63,728 bases of DNA, filler included, from Reticulomyxa filosa (GCA_000512085.1; 19 parts of 19 records of this genome joined end to end with filler, not necessarily neighbours in it); one strand, 5' to 3'. Positions 46,710 through 61,181 are shown, numbered from the whole stretch's first letter. Program-made: numbers and translations. The notes: a model not told the origin generated them from the letters alone.

Positions 46710-49700
46710 TATATACTTTAAAGTGTTCAATTTCCTTCTGATCCGCATTTATAACGCAAAAAGAGAAAAATTTAATTAACCAAAAGAATTTTTTTTGTTA
46801 TAAGTTGTTGTAGTGTTCTTGCAGGAAAATTACAAACTTTGTTCAAAACAAATTATCGCGTATTTTTCCGTCAATTGTATTTGCCTTAAGTATTGGTATT
46901 TTTTAATATGTTTTTGGATATCTTGTAATTTTTGGACAAATCACATTGTTATATAAGCTTATACTTAAGCAACATGCTTATTCACTTAAAGCAATAATGC
47001 GTTTTATTCAGTACGGTGTCTCCATTTAACTCAACGTTAGTTGCTTGGAAAGGATTCTTTTTTCATCAATCTTAAAGCAGGATCAAAATATTTTTAATGA
47101 AAAAAATCCTTTAACTCACTTAAAAAATATATCAAATGCATTTTCATTTTAAGCAATATATATGCACATTCATGGAAAAACAATGATCAACTAGATTTTT
47201 TGCTTGAAATAAATTCTCAAAACTTAACATAGTTAAATTTTGAGAATTTAATATATCTTAATGTCATTTGTAAATTGAGTTTCTTTTTTTCATATTAAGA
47301 CTAAAACAATATCACTTTGGTGCTTACGTTGGATGTTTTTATTAAAGAGATCCGTCCAAGTGATGTGAACTTGAGTTAAATGTTTCCTCACCAAAGAGGT
47401 TGGCTGCGTACACAACGGATCTAGATATGCTCAGTAGAAGAAGACACGACACATAGCCCAGACAACTTCAGCAGAACGTCCAATGCAGACTCAAGTTGCG
47501 TTTGGAATAATGCTTTATCGAGCTGAAAAAAACAGTAGTCCAAACAACTTGGACTAGTGTTTGATGCTTTGTCGGACAATTTTGTTAAGTATCCAATGCC
47601 ATCTTACTCGCTTTCATGTTCATCACTACTGTGTATATTGTTTTTACTGTTTACGACGATATCATTTTTTTGCATTTATTTCAATCGTTTTGGATCATGT
47701 GCAGTAGCTTGTGATTAAATGCTGACTGAGATTATTGATACATTTAGCTCAAATAATAAGACAAAAGCAAGTATAATATAATTTTTCACTTGCAGTGATA
47801 GTTGTTGAACAATAATTTTTTTTTGCGAGTTGAAGTCAAGTTGCAAATCCCATCTGCAGCTTGTATATCAAACTCAATGTATGGCATGTGTGTAACTATA
47901 TTCTTTCATATTCTCCAGTCAAAGGCTCTGCTATCGAACAGTTTGAAGAATATGCGCTGATTGCATAATTTCAAAGTCTTTTCAAACAAAGACATTACAC
48001 AAGTAAACAGCACTTAATATGGTTTAAAAAAAGGTCAATCCACAAGTATGGATAAATACCAAGCCTGTAAAAGTGTCATTTTGTTATACGTGTTTGCTTT
48101 TGCAAAAAAAATTATGTGACTTCTTTTTTTTGTTTGTTGAAGTCCAAAAGTAAAAAAAAAACTGCGTTGTTGTAACAAGCGACTAAATCAAAAGTAATCC
48201 CAGTTGTTGATGGCGAGAAATTTGTGGATCAAATCCACAGTTCGATCCAACATAATGTGGTATTGCTTTGTTCTGTTATCTCATTATCTCGCGTGCTCAA
48301 TGTCAGAAACTTCCACCTAGTATTAGTATTGCATCCACAGGTTCACGACATCGATTTATTAAGTTTGCTTTTTTAATTTTTTTTTGCACATGTGTTTTGT
48401 GTCACCTACAACGCTCTACACCGTCTCAAACTTCCAAAGCATTTTTTCCTCTTATTTACAGTGAAAAATGACAAGATGAAATTATTTTGTTTTAGAAAAA
48501 AGTATAAAAACGATGTCAAAACAATTGATTTCGAAACACATTTAAAAAATTTGAGAATTACAAAAAAAAGGATCAATCTTTCAGAACGTTTCTTTTCAGT
48601 TTAAGATATTGAATATACAATTAGTGTGTTCAGTGAAAGTTGAGAAGTTTGTACTGCAAAGTAGATGTTGAATGTTATCATTATTCATTTTGTCCCAATT
48701 AAGCAGTCAAAAATTAGTCTTTCAAAATTATTACCTGAAATATCCGAACTTTTTTTAGATATATAAAAATTGAAATTATCATTGCGTGTACAACATGTAT
48801 GAAACTGTTAGTAGCTATTTGAAAATTGGTGGAACTTCTATCAGTTTTATATATTACAAATTATACAATTAAAAATTTTATCTGCACTTTTTCCCGCATC
48901 GAAAAAGCGCAAGTCCTAAAAAAAAATTCATCCAAAAAAGAAAAATATTTGACATTAAAAAAATAAAATGAAGGTCAGGTCAATAATGAAGGAAAAGGTA
49001 CAAGAATATCATCTTTTTGACAAAACCTTTTCACTCGCTTTCTTTTTATTGCACGATTATTGTCAGTTCCTGTTAAAGGCAAACACATCAACAATTTTTT
49101 TAAAAGGAATTTACACATATTTTGTAACAAATAAGTGTCAAAGACCAATAAAAAAAAGGAGTTTGTAGAACTTCAACTTCCTATGTTCTTTTAGTCTTTG
49201 TTGTTTTAGGAACGTAGAGAGAGTTAGTGCAATTGTTTACGCACTAACCTGTTCGCGTTCCAGCTCAAAGTTATTTACTTTACACCCTTTTTGTTTTCTT
49301 TCGGCACAACAACAAACTTACCAGCTTTCATTATTAGAAAATGTTGGGCCAATTACAAGGAGTAAAGTCATTTTACTTAGATGACGCTCGCTCCTCTTCT
49401 CTTTTTTGGCATCACCAAGTCCTTTAAAACTAACGTCAACAAAATTTTTAGGTAAAACAAGTTAAACTGTTTGTGGTTGGGCACCTTTCAAATAATTTTA
49501 ACTCAATAATTCTAACATAACATATAATAAATACAAATAGAATTGTTCTTGTAAAAAAGAAAATATAATAAGTGTATCAATTGATTGTAAAAAAGACGAT
49601 ATTCATAGACATTCAACTTTTCCAACAAAGACGAGAAAAGAGATTATGATAGATGCATTTTTCATCCAATAAAGTTTTTATTTGTATCTTTGACACTCAC

Positions 49701-50018
49701 TCCTCTTTCTAAAACTTTTTCATTTTCAGAGCTACTCCATTCCAATGATCATATGTTTTAATGCTAATAAACCTAAATAATATTGTAAATCAGAGAAAAA
49801 ATACGTAGAAAAAACTCGTGTTGATATTTTTTTTACTTCGCTGACTTTTAACAAACATGACGAAATTTTTTATTGTCTGCCCTGTGCGAGAGTTTTATCA
49901 AATGGAATTGTCAAAAAANNNNNNNNNNNNNNNNNNNNNNNNNNNNNNNNNNNNNNNNNNNNTTAATTAATTAANNNNNNNNNNNNNNNNNNNNNNNNNN
50001 NNNNNNNNNNNNNNNNNN

Positions 50019-50055
<37 letters not shown>

Positions 50056-50057
<2 letters not shown>

Positions 50058-52995
50058 AAACTCTGCCGCAAACAATTGGCTGCAAACGGCGAACATTCAT
50101 CATTTCTTTCCAACTTAGTCCCAAGCAATCCGCCAATCGTTTGATCGGGTCCTTCGCACGGACGTTCTTCTCTACCCACAAAGAATTGCCATAGTCGTCC
50201 GTGCTTAGTTTCAAATAGTCTTCCGTTTCATTCAGTTCAACTTGTGTTTGTTGTCGACAATATGCACAATGCCATTTCAACACATTGTCAGTTATCGTGT
50301 CTCTTCCACGCATCAATTCTTTCAAATGCTTTTTAATGCACATCCCCCACATACACATACACATACACATACGTATACATATACATATATATATATATAT
50401 ATATATGGATGCATCACCCAACGCGACTCCAAAAGCTTGAACTTGTGCATGGCGAGGACGGCAAATCCGGAGGGAGGTCTTGCTTCTGGTTCATTTCTTT
50501 ATCAAACTCGCTGCGTTCGAGTTGTAATCGTCGAGGCATGAGAATTTCTTCGGGCAAAGGGCGTCCCCGAATCAAGATGGATAATAGATCACCAATGAAC
50601 CAGAGCACATACAAAAAGAATACGACCAGGTTGAATGGAGGCGGCATCAGCGAACTGTGAGCATTTGCAATCCAACGTGTATTGTGAATCACTTACAAAA
50701 AAAAGTAATATATATATATATACAACATATTAAAAACAAACAAAAGAACTTGCTATTGTCAAATTGATAAATGGTTTTAATTCGGATAAAAGACACCTCC
50801 AACGCGTTGTCGTCATGAAGCTTTTCAAACGTCTTGGTCATCAATGCCACCAGCAAGTTCAGCAGAACGACTGCGGAGCAAATCATCCAACACACAAACA
50901 GGGCATTTAAAAATGTCAGACGATACGTGCCAACGTGCGCGTCGCCACTGTCATCCCAACTCATGTCTCCCAAGGCCGCGCGAAACAGCCTTAAGAACGT
51001 GTACCACGGCGTGGGCATCTGTCCGGACTCGTTCCCTGCCACGATCAACGTGCAGAACAAGAAGCCTAAGAACGCGACCATAAAGATTCTGATAAAAGCA
51101 CTGTGTTGTATTTTGTATTCGAATTACTTAAGTTTGGGGGTATTTTCAAACACACACACACACACATAAAAATGTAACAATAATAAGAATTAGTTACGTA
51201 CCTGACATCAGCAAACATGTTTTTGATCATATGGATGAACGGCGAGACAGTTCGATCCAAATAATACACTCGAAGTAACTGAATCCACAAAATGATCGCG
51301 TTGATCCCCCACAAGAACAAGTAGGCCACTGCTTCGCTGCTGTCCTCGTTGCAACTGGTATGATGAGTCGACAGCGAGCTTGCTTTTTTGTTGTTCTTGA
51401 CCTTCCAGTCAATACAATCAGTCCCTAGTATTGCATACACTCGTAAACCGGCCATCCCCAAGTAGTCTAGCACCACTATTGATCCCAGTAGATTTCCAAA
51501 GCTGCTTAGATATTGCGCTGTCCCCTTTTTTTTTTTTTTTTTGTTTTTTTTGTAATAGTGCATGCATATATTAGTGTCATAACAATGAAGTGCTTTTTTT
51601 TTTTTTCTCTCTTTAAAAAAAAAAAAGTGAAATTAAAAAGTATACCAGTGCATAAGCTTTAAAAATTTCGGCCACGATAAAGCCCAAATTGCAACCCCAA
51701 AAGGCAAGCTCCCACGACGAAATGGGGGTAAATAGGTTCCAGTTCGAAGCAGACACAATCCCAAACAATACCAAATATAATATGTACAACACACATTCCG
51801 TTGAAAATCGTCCCAAAGGAGTAAAATAAAAATTCCACCTTCGAAATCTCCACCAATATTGGGTCCCTTTTTTTTTTTTTTAAAAAAAAAAAAGTTTGTC
51901 TTATCTTTGTTATCAGTCAATTTTGTACATACATATACATATACATATATGTATATATGCATATATATGTATACATATATACGAAACAAGTCAAAGGTGT
52001 CCCCTTGAACGTATTTTCTCGATTCTTTGGATGCAAGGCTCTCCATTGTTGAAAGAAGGAGATGTTGATTCGCTGAACTCGATTGTCATTGACAAAGGAC
52101 ATAATGCGATACTCAATGGCCAGGTCCAGCGCCGACTTGCCACCTTCAATGTCCGAGGGCAGCTCCAGCAATATCGCTGCCATGTGATCGCTGTCGGGAC
52201 ACATTTTGTTCAGCAAGTGCAGCGCCAAGTGTGAGTAGTCCGTGGCCAGATCCAAGTACTGCGACTCGCGAGACAAGTCTTCACTTCCAGACATCTGCAT
52301 GAACCCACTAATTCGCAAGGCCGCATGCATTGGGTATTGACTTCCACGCACTATCTGTCGGCACACCTTATTGAGTTTCTCCGTGTCGTAGCGAATTAAA
52401 TCAAATCGAAATTGATTTAGCAATTGTAATGCGGTGATCTAACATTAAAACATGTACATATACATATACATATACATATATGTACATGTATATATAAACA
52501 TATACATACATACATATATATATATATGCCAAACATAGTTAAAAATAGAAAACTGTTGGAATTTCTTTTGCAATGTATTCCAACACAGTCCAAGATGCCT
52601 CGCGATTGAATTGTAGCTGATGGAGGAGAATCGACCACCAAAGGACTGCATGATCGGACAGGTCGAACCCTTCGAACATGTCCTGCAAGTCGAGATGCAG
52701 CTCTCGATCCTTTTGCTTGTAACTACTCATTAGTTCTTCTGCCATTGACACCGGGATATTCAACGCGTGCGATGTGGTTTCGATTGTGGGCAAATGCATG
52801 TCATTGCTTGCCACGGTCTCTGTTGCAAAATTTTATTTATTTTTTATACATCTTTTGTATGTGTACGTATACAAAAAAAAAACTTTCAATCCATCGAATT
52901 CGTTCCCACTTCCTCGTAAACTCAGCTAAACGCCTTTCAAACTCTTTAATGTCAAGTGGAGTCAAATACTCCTCTACTGCTTCTTCGTACTCATT
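50056..52995 (-). CDS. TRP-family cation channel, TRPM-like, multi-exon, truncated at both ends
   Basis: Pre-S1 region resembling TRPM MHR4 (ALHLLNKMC...GGKSALDLAI...FVNDNRVQ...W). TM segments; VSPFIHMIKNMFADV; pore LFRAALGD; S6 VLLNLLVALMTKTF; TRP helix EVSFIR followed by LMPPPFNL. Confidence 0.85.
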
Positions 52996-53879
52996 TCTTT
53001 TTTTTTTTTTTATTTTTTTTTGTTCTATTCTAAATTTGAGTTTTAGATTATTATTTCCATATTGAAGAGTGGTGGACAGANNNNNNNNNNNNNNNNNNNN
53101 NNNNNNNNNNNNNNNNNNNNNNNNTTAATTAATTAANNNNNNNNNNNNNNNNNNNNNNNNNNNNNNNNNNNNNNNNNNNNCGATCAGCCAGGACGCAAAA
53201 AACAGCGATCCAAAGTTCAATTACGGAATTGAGACGTCCCCCTTGCAAAAATTTTGCTTCGTACATCAAAGTATTTGGAATTTGTTAAATAATGACAACA
53301 TTACCAAACAAGTCATTGATAAAGCCAAAAGGCAACCACCATTTGAAAGCATATGGAAGAAAAAACATGGCAAACCATCAGGTAATTCGTTATAATCATT
53401 GCCAAACATTATAAATGAAAGTACTATCTCTTCACAATCTTGTCATCAAAGCATTGAATCATTTGAATAATTGTGATGATGAGACAATATTTGATAAAGC
53501 GAACAAAAGAAGACAATCAGTGGAAATCAACCACAACACCGTAGCTCTCTCAAGCGTTCAAGACCACAAGATGACGAAATGAACTTAAGAAATCAAACAA
53601 AAAGCAAAGAAATATTGCAAAGAGAAACAAGTCAAGAAATGAAAATAGCAGAAATTAAAGCGCACACGTTCTCAATCATGGAAAACGTTATTTGTGCACT
53701 TCCGCAATCAAGTGAAAATGGATGAATTGAAACTGATTGCAGATCAATTTAATGCAAGACAACAAAAAAAAAGCTCAAAAGAGAATAACAATGATTAAAA
53801 ACAAGATCAGGAAGATATGAATTAAGTATTACAGTATGTTCCATCTTTAAACCAGGTTATGTCGTAGAGAAAATAGCAA

Positions 53880-54194
53880 TGAGAAAACGAGAAATTGAAA
53901 ACCCTCAAACAAATCGACGCATATTATTAAGGAATGTGTCTACAATGGAATCATCTCAAGAAGTTGTGGATACTTTGGAAGAATTAGGATAAGTTGAAAG
54001 ATTCAAGGGCATACATGTGGTGAAGGTCATATTTGTGAAAGCAGAAGATGCACAAAGAGCAATCGATGAAAAGATATTCACCATTGGATTCAATGAAACA
54101 AAAAGCGAGATCTTCGACAAGCATAGACGAAAAAAAAAAAACACATTACTAACTGAAAAGCCAACAGGGGCAAATACCAAAGCGAAAAGGGAGT
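53880..54194 (+). pseudogene. Degenerate RRM-like ORF, possibly a LINE ORF1 remnant
   Basis: RRILLRNV...EVVDTLEELG*VERFKGIHVVKVIFVKAEDAQRAIDEKIFTIG, with stops, in a purine-rich strand-biased contig. Confidence 0.3.
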
Positions 54195-54294
54195 NNNNNN
54201 NNNNNNNNNNNNNNNNNNNNNNNNNNNNNNNNNNNNNNTTAATTAATTAANNNNNNNNNNNNNNNNNNNNNNNNNNNNNNNNNNNNNNNNNNNN

Positions 54295-55386
54295 AATAAC
54301 AATAACAATAATAATAGTGGTAAGACATATGGATCAACAGCCAGCAGTGCGACAGCGAGTGGACTCCAAACCCCTCAGGTGGGCGAGTACGACCCAGGCT
54401 TTACTCCAATGGCGGAAATTCCCGAGGACGCCCACTTGTCCGAGTTTGAGCAAAGCTACATCGAAAGGGACTGCATTTGGTTTTATCACAACGTATACGA
54501 TCGACAGCCCGAGGCGCACACGGTCGCCCAAGTCCCTTCCGACATTGTGCTGTACGATCTCATGGGCTCCGGACAGCGCATCCACGAAACCAATGTGGTC
54601 AAAGTGTTCCCGTCCAACAACAGAGCTTTGCTGCTTGAAAACAAAGAAAGGCTCTTTGGCAGTCTACAGACCAGGACCATCTCCACCATGATCATCAAGA
54701 AAAATCACGACCTCCGAAAAGACGCCGGCGTGCTTGATGTCTTTCGATTTATGAATCATTTGTGGAGCAGTGAAAATATCTTTTATCATGGTTATCCTAT
54801 CAGGTATTAAAGATTATGTATATATATATATGTATATATATATATAAATATATATATACATATATGCAAAAGGACTCTAATGTATAATGTTGTCCCAATG
54901 GGAACCGACTTTGGAGCCATTGAATATATCACCGACACTTTGCCGCTGCGCGATATCTCTGCGTACGTAGGGAAATTTGGAGATCAACAGCTGGAAAATT
55001 TGGCTGCGTCTTCTGCCGCGAGCTATGTCGCCAGCTATGTGTTGGTAAGTTTGCAAATTTCTTTATATATAAAAAATTTTGTATTCGTTTTTTGTTATAC
55101 GTGATTTGTTCGAAACTTTCTCTCTTCTTTCTCTCTCTTTGATGCCGTTTTTGTCGTAAAGGGAGTTCGCGATCGCAATCTTACTAACGTGCTGGTACGC
55201 AATGATGGCACTCTGTTTCATATCGACTTTGGCTTTGTCATTGGAGAGACGCTTGAGGCAGATATCGCCAAAATCGCCATCGTCAAAGAGTTGATGGACC
55301 TGCTAGGGAATCATTGGAATGGATTTGTCAAAGTCTCGATCAAAGCATTTATGAAATTGCGAGCTCATTTTGCGGTTAGCTACATT

Positions 55387-55424
<38 letters not shown>

Positions 55425-55763
55425 TATTATTATTATTATAAAAAAAAAAAGATTGTGTTGCTTGATTTATTTGGTGTCACAGAAATGTTACACACTCAAA
55501 TGTCGAATGTTCTCACTCAATATTTGCTGTGTGATGTGTGCTTGCTTCGTCAATAGGAATTGGCAGAATACGTCACTCTGATTTTTGGCTTCACCACACT
55601 GAAAGCTGATGTCTTATCCTTTTTACGAAAGAGATTGATGATCGATAGTGACGACGAAACTGTCAGAGAGAAAATTCAAAAGAAATTTTTGAATGTACCA
55701 AATATATCCACAACTTTAATTAAAAATAATGTCAGTGAGGCTGCCACAACGTCAGAAGACTGA
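54295..55763 (+). CDS. Phosphatidylinositol 3-/4-kinase family catalytic domain protein, 5'-truncated, 4 exons
   Basis: VFPSNNRALLL, IIKKNHDLRKD, YNVVPMGTDFGAIEYI, SAASYVASYVL|GVRDRNLTNVLVRNDGTLFHIDFGFVIG. Confidence 0.88.
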
Positions 55764-56117
55764 CCAAAACTAATGTAATGTCCTTTTTTCCCCCACTGAA
55801 ATAAAATAAAACAAAACAAAACTTGTTTCATTTTGATTAGACTGTTAAAGGAATTTGATACGCCAGGCACACATTAACCTTTTTTGGTTGGTCCTTATGC
55901 TCTTCAAAGCATTATATATAAACAAAAATTTTTAAAAAAAATCACAAAACACAAATTTCAAATTACATTTAAGGCAAACAAACAAATAAACACCTTAAGA
56001 AAAAGTAAACGTTCCAGGAGTGAATTTTTGTCATTTCTTTTAGCTCTAGTTCTCTGCCTTATTTGCTATAACGAACTAAAACTTTTTTTTTTTGCAAAGA
56101 AAGGAAATAATGAAATT

Positions 56118-56700
56118 AAAAATACATTTATATATGCCAATGCGTATAAGCTTTTCTTCTGGTGGTAAATATATTGCATCAGGCTCATCTGATAATATAG
56201 TACGATTATGGGATGCAAATTCTGGAAAAGAAATTCAAAAATTTGAAGGTCATTTAGGTTATGTATGGGTGATACAATTTTCATCAATAACCAAATGATG
56301 TTATCAGCTGCTACTGATAAAATAATTATTTTATGGGACATAAAATCGGGTAAACAATTCAAACAGTTCATAGACACTCTGACATAATAGCAGGTGCAAA
56401 ATTTTCTCCTTGTGATCAATATATTATATCTTGTTCACATGATACAACAATTCGAATATGGGATATAGAATCAACAAAGGAAGCGAATACATTGAGTGGA
56501 TCTTTTGTTGTGAATGATGTGAAATATTTTCCAGATGATCAAATGTTTGTATCTTGTGCATCGATATAATGTTACACTTATGGCATACAAAAACAGGACA
56601 GAAAATATATGAGTTAAGCGAGCATTCCCACAAGGATATTTCATCTGATTGTAATTTTCTAGTATCATGTTCTCGTGACAAAACAATCAGAATATGGGAA
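56118..56700 (+). pseudogene. Degenerate WD40-repeat pseudogene (second, FSPDG-like subfamily)
   Basis: ISFSSGGKYIASGSSDNIVRLWDANSGKEIQKFEGH, followed by further SCSxDxTIRIW repeats broken by stops and frameshifts. Confidence 0.8.
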
Positions 56701-56891
56701 TAAAAACAAATTAATTTTGAAGTGTCTTTTGAGTGGTGTTTAGCTGTTTATGCAATGATATGAAAAGATAAAACAATTCAATGTTCAATTTTTTTAAACT
56801 AAATTTGCATTTATGTTCAACTCTTTGATTCGACATTTTTTTTGATGATTGATAATCCAATCAAAAAAATTTTATTGTTGAGAAAATGATA

Positions 56892-57503
56892 TTATCCCCA
56901 AAAGTAAATTGAACCCTCTTTTGAACCATAACACAAAGTAATACCATAACTACTGTCATTATTATTTCTTCTATTTTTTTTTAATTGTAGAAATTTAATA
57001 CATGATATTTTATCTTTTTTTTTCTCTCCATTAATAACATACAATTCATTCTTATTTGATCGAATATCCCAAAAACGAATTGTATTATCACTTGACCCAG
57101 AACATGCCACATTTGAATTACCAACACTATCCCTTATTACAAATGGTGAATATTCGACAGCCCTTACTTGACCTGTATGTCCATTGAATACTTGGATTTG
57201 TTGATTAGATCGAATATCCCACAAACGAACGCTTTTATCATATGATCCAGATAATATTGTATTTGATAATTCATTTGATCCATATTTTACACTATCAACA
57301 CATCTTTTATGTCCTTTGAATACAATCAATTGTTTGGCTGTTTCAATGTCCCATATTCGAATGGTGTCATCATTTGATCCAGAACAAATGGTATACCCAT
57401 TACCACCAATCACACCAATATTATTGCTTTTCTCACCGTTGTTATTACTTTGCAATGGTGAAATATCCACACAACGAACACCAGCTTCATGTCCTTTGAA
57501 AAC
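56892..57503 (-). CDS. WD40-repeat protein, paralog of 40310-41550 (5'-truncated)
   Basis: DISPLQSNN...IGVIGGNGYTICSGSNDDTIRIWDIET and the following repeats are collinear with the 40489 ORF. Confidence 0.92.
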   Translation of the reverse strand, partial: VFKGHEAGVRCVDISPLQSNNNGEKSNNIGVIGGNGYTICSGSNDDTIRIWDIETAKQLIVFKGHKRCVDSVKYGSNELSNTILSGSYDKSVRLWDIRSNQQIQVFNGHTGQVRAVEYSPFVIRDSVGNSNVACSGSSDNTIRFWDIRSNKNELYVINGEKKKDKISCIKFLQLKKNRRNNNDSSYGITLCYGSKEGSIYFWG

Positions 57504-59381
57504 NNNNNNNNNNNNNNNNNNNNNNNNNNNNNNNNNNNNNNNNNNNNTTAATTAATTAANNNNNNNNNNNNNNNNNNNNNNNNNNNNNNNNNNNNNNNNN
57601 NNNGTGCCATTTAGGTATGGCAGTTTTTTTTGCAATCTACTGTAATTCATTCTATCCAAAAATCACATGCATAAAGCTTTGTTGGTGAAGTCCCAGGCAT
57701 TTTTGCAGGATTATCGCCAATTTGTTATGGACTCAAGTATGATTTGTGCTTTACAGCTACCGAAAAAGCATCAGATGAAAAAGTCGAAAAAGTTAAAGAG
57801 ACAACGTCAAAAGAACCTCAAAAAGCAATTGCACAAACTAGTTAGCAATCATCAGATTGGTCATTGTTAGATACGTTAGTATACAGTGATCGTTTGAATG
57901 CAAGATTGACTTAGCAGATTTATTAAATTTCAAACTTTAATGATTGTGTGAACAAGTCTTGAATGGATTTTTATTAAATTCAGAATGTTGCATTTGTTTG
58001 TTCAATTGTTACAATTAAATACTTCAAAAATCTTGATTGATATGCACTTGCACGCATTCACAATACATGCGAAATCTCCACAAGTGAGCTTTGTGAAAGA
58101 ATACACACTTTGATTAATGAAATATTCAAGATAAATCGAAAGTATGATGTAGTCGATGTCAGCATTGAATATACCATGTTTTTGAATGCCAAAGTGAAAA
58201 CCAGATGTCGAATTTTATGATGACTTTTCATATTTGGGCAAGCACTTGGAAAGACAGCAACAATGTGTCACTAGTTTGATTAAATCAACAAAAGACATCT
58301 TGAAAGGATTGCTTATCTACATTCAATTGAATGAAGAACAAACCGTTAAAAGATTTCAATGAAGGATTGTTATAATTGATAAATATGGAAAATTAAAACA
58401 TCGTTTACGAAAGGTTAAAGAACTGGCGCAACTGGTGTCATTTTTGGCAGTGCATTCAAAAACAATAATTGCAGAAAGTATTCAATTGAAAGCAGACCTA
58501 GCAATAAATGCAAAAATAGTAAAAAACTAGTTATATCAATATTTGCTATTGAGTTGGCGAGTTGAAGTACAAATATATATAAATATAATGTCATATGAAC
58601 ACAGCAGAACAGTAAATGTGATCAATATAACGTTAATTTATATATTTCGATATTTTAACATTTTTATTTTTTTTTAAATGACTAAATGATTGCAAAAAAG
58701 TACAAGTAATATACATTCCATTATTAAAAAAAAGTACTTTCTATGATGAAAAAATTTTTTTGATAACAAAAAATTGAGTTTTCAAAAACAACGAAACTTA
58801 GAATGCTAATTTTTTTAAAAAATTTATACTCATTTAGCATGTTCTGAAATACTTTTAAAAAAGTGGGTAAATTTCATTGTTACGACAGTCACGATTGTAA
58901 ACTTTTTTCAAAAATTTTCGAAAATAAATAAAATATTCAAATTTTAAGATTTAATAAAAAACCAAAATGATGTTTAAAAACTACACTATTTAAAGCTTTT
59001 TTTTTAAAAAAATTAATATGACACTACTGCAACAGCAACAATAATGAAAGCGATACGTCTTCAGAGAATGGCGACGAAAACAAGATCAGCACAAAAAAAG
59101 CACGTGCGAAGATATTGACAAGCTTTTTCACTTTCAAACAGCTTGATGTTCAAATCATATTTCCTTCCAAGGTGTAGTACTCATGATGTCGTAATAAGTA
59201 ATTCTCGCACTATAAGTGAATTTTGGAACCCTTTATTCTAAAATGAAAACAAAAAAATTAAAAAATTTCTTATTTTCAATANNNNNNNNNNNNNNNNNNN
59301 NNNNNNNNNNNNNNNNNNNNNNNNNTTAATTAATTAANNNNNNNNNNNNNNNNNNNNNNNNNNNNNNNNNNNNNNNNNNNN

Positions 59382-59419
<38 letters not shown>

Positions 59420-59420
<1 letters not shown>

Positions 59421-61181
59421 TCTTTATATGAAAAGTTTGGACTGCAAACATGAATGCGGTCAGCACCGTCTTCCACAGGCTCATTTTCGTGATGTAGCAA
59501 AGACGCATGAAAAGTGACGTTCTTCTCTTTGCGACATGATTGACTGTGGCCAAGATAAGGAGGGAGAGGATTCTCGTCAGTAGATGTGCGCAAATGTCCC
59601 AACGCGTTTATGGAACCATCTGGGTCGGCACTCTTCTGTTCCAGTTTCTCATCTTCCAACGCAAGATTCGTCGGCCAATTGTTCACAGCTCCGACGCCTC
59701 TGTTCAGCACTTGCGACAATGTGATCTTGAAGTGTCGAATACAAACTACTTTCTGTCTCTGATCTAAAGTGTCTATAGCACATTCAAATCGAAGGTGTTG
59801 TTTACACAATATACAAAAACCGAATCATCAATTGTATACATACAAAAAAAAAAAAAACTAAACAAAGAAGGAGGATGACTCATGAATTGTTCTGCTCCGA
59901 GCCAATGAAGAGCTGACTCGTGTGATCATTGCTGGATGAAATGCTCAGAAGATACATCTGTTCCATTCTTGGCTTCGCTTTTCTCTTTTGTTTCATCAAC
60001 TTTCAATTCCTCCTTTTTTTGTTGTTTGTCTCGTTTTCGAGGATTCTTTGGTGGCACCGGAAGGCTATTTTCGTATAAATAAGCACAACACATGATAACG
60101 TTATATACAGACCTTTTTTTTTTTTTTAGATGTATACATCAACGTATAAATATGTGCTTGTTTGTGTGTGTGTGTGTGCGTACGTAAAGAAAAGTTAACG
60201 TTTTGGAAGTGTTTTTAAGACACAACGACTTTTGTGCCTTGTTGTAGTAGATAAAATCCGATCGTGGCGGTAGGCATTCAAAGAAAGCAATCAACTTTCG
60301 CGACGAACATGTAAGAGTAAGTCTCCGCACGACATAAAGCCACATATGATACACCACAGATCGACTGGAATTTGAGGTTTAAAGCCCACAAATACATATA
60401 CACATACATATATGTTACAGCAGACTCTTATCCCCTCCCTTGTCATGCATATAAATCCCAAGTAAACGGGATAAGTGACGTAACATATTATTGCAGATAA
60501 CAGGTCGCGCCAATTTAATCCAATGAAAACGACGATACATGTGGTCGTCTCGTCGAAGCTTTCTGCAGTCGTGTTGGGAGATTTCAATGTTGGACTGGAA
60601 CAGCGCCTCTTGAGCCAACTTTTCATTGAAATGAATAGCCAGTGAGAAGGGCGTACATTGGAATATGTCTTCCAATTGCGTGTTTGCGCCATTTTTCAGC
60701 AATGTGTTTACACAATCCACGCTTCCAGTTGCGCAAGCCAAATGCAACGCCGTTGATTCTAATGAACACATATAATATATACATATATATATATATATAA
60801 TTAGATAATGATAACAAAACTCTTTTTCGAGGTGATGGCATTGACATGTGCTTCATGCTGTAACAATAAATTCACAGCGTCAACACGTCCATATCTCGCG
60901 GCGTAATGCAAAGGTGTCCAATACTCGCCGTGATGTTCGCCCCCTTTTTCAACGTCGATTCCAGGAAGCGACAGCAGCCATTGCACGACGTGAGTGTGTC
61001 CTTTTTCCACGGCGTGGGATAAGGGCGTGCGAATCGAAGTGTCATATGCATTAATGAAGTAATGGATCATATAAGCGCCCAACTCGCTTGGGATATGTCT
61101 CAAATCGATACTTGTTTCCTCGTGTCTAACTACTTCAAAGCTGATGCTGTTATTTTTATCTGCTATGTCTCGCAAGTGCAC
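59420..61181 (-). CDS. Ankyrin-repeat protein, multi-exon, partial
   Basis: TPLSHAVEKGHTHVVQWLL, TPLHYAARYGRVDAVNLLLQHEAHVN, TALHLACATGSVDCVNTLLKNGAN, TPFSLA. The downstream exons are of unknown type. Confidence 0.8.

Noticed and set aside
47330-49500. Patches of higher-complexity sequence that might be exons or pseudogenes
   Set aside because: Stops in the frames I tried and no recognisable motif.
57604-58560. Degenerate coding-like region
   Set aside because: Many stops and no identifiable family; cannot support a call.
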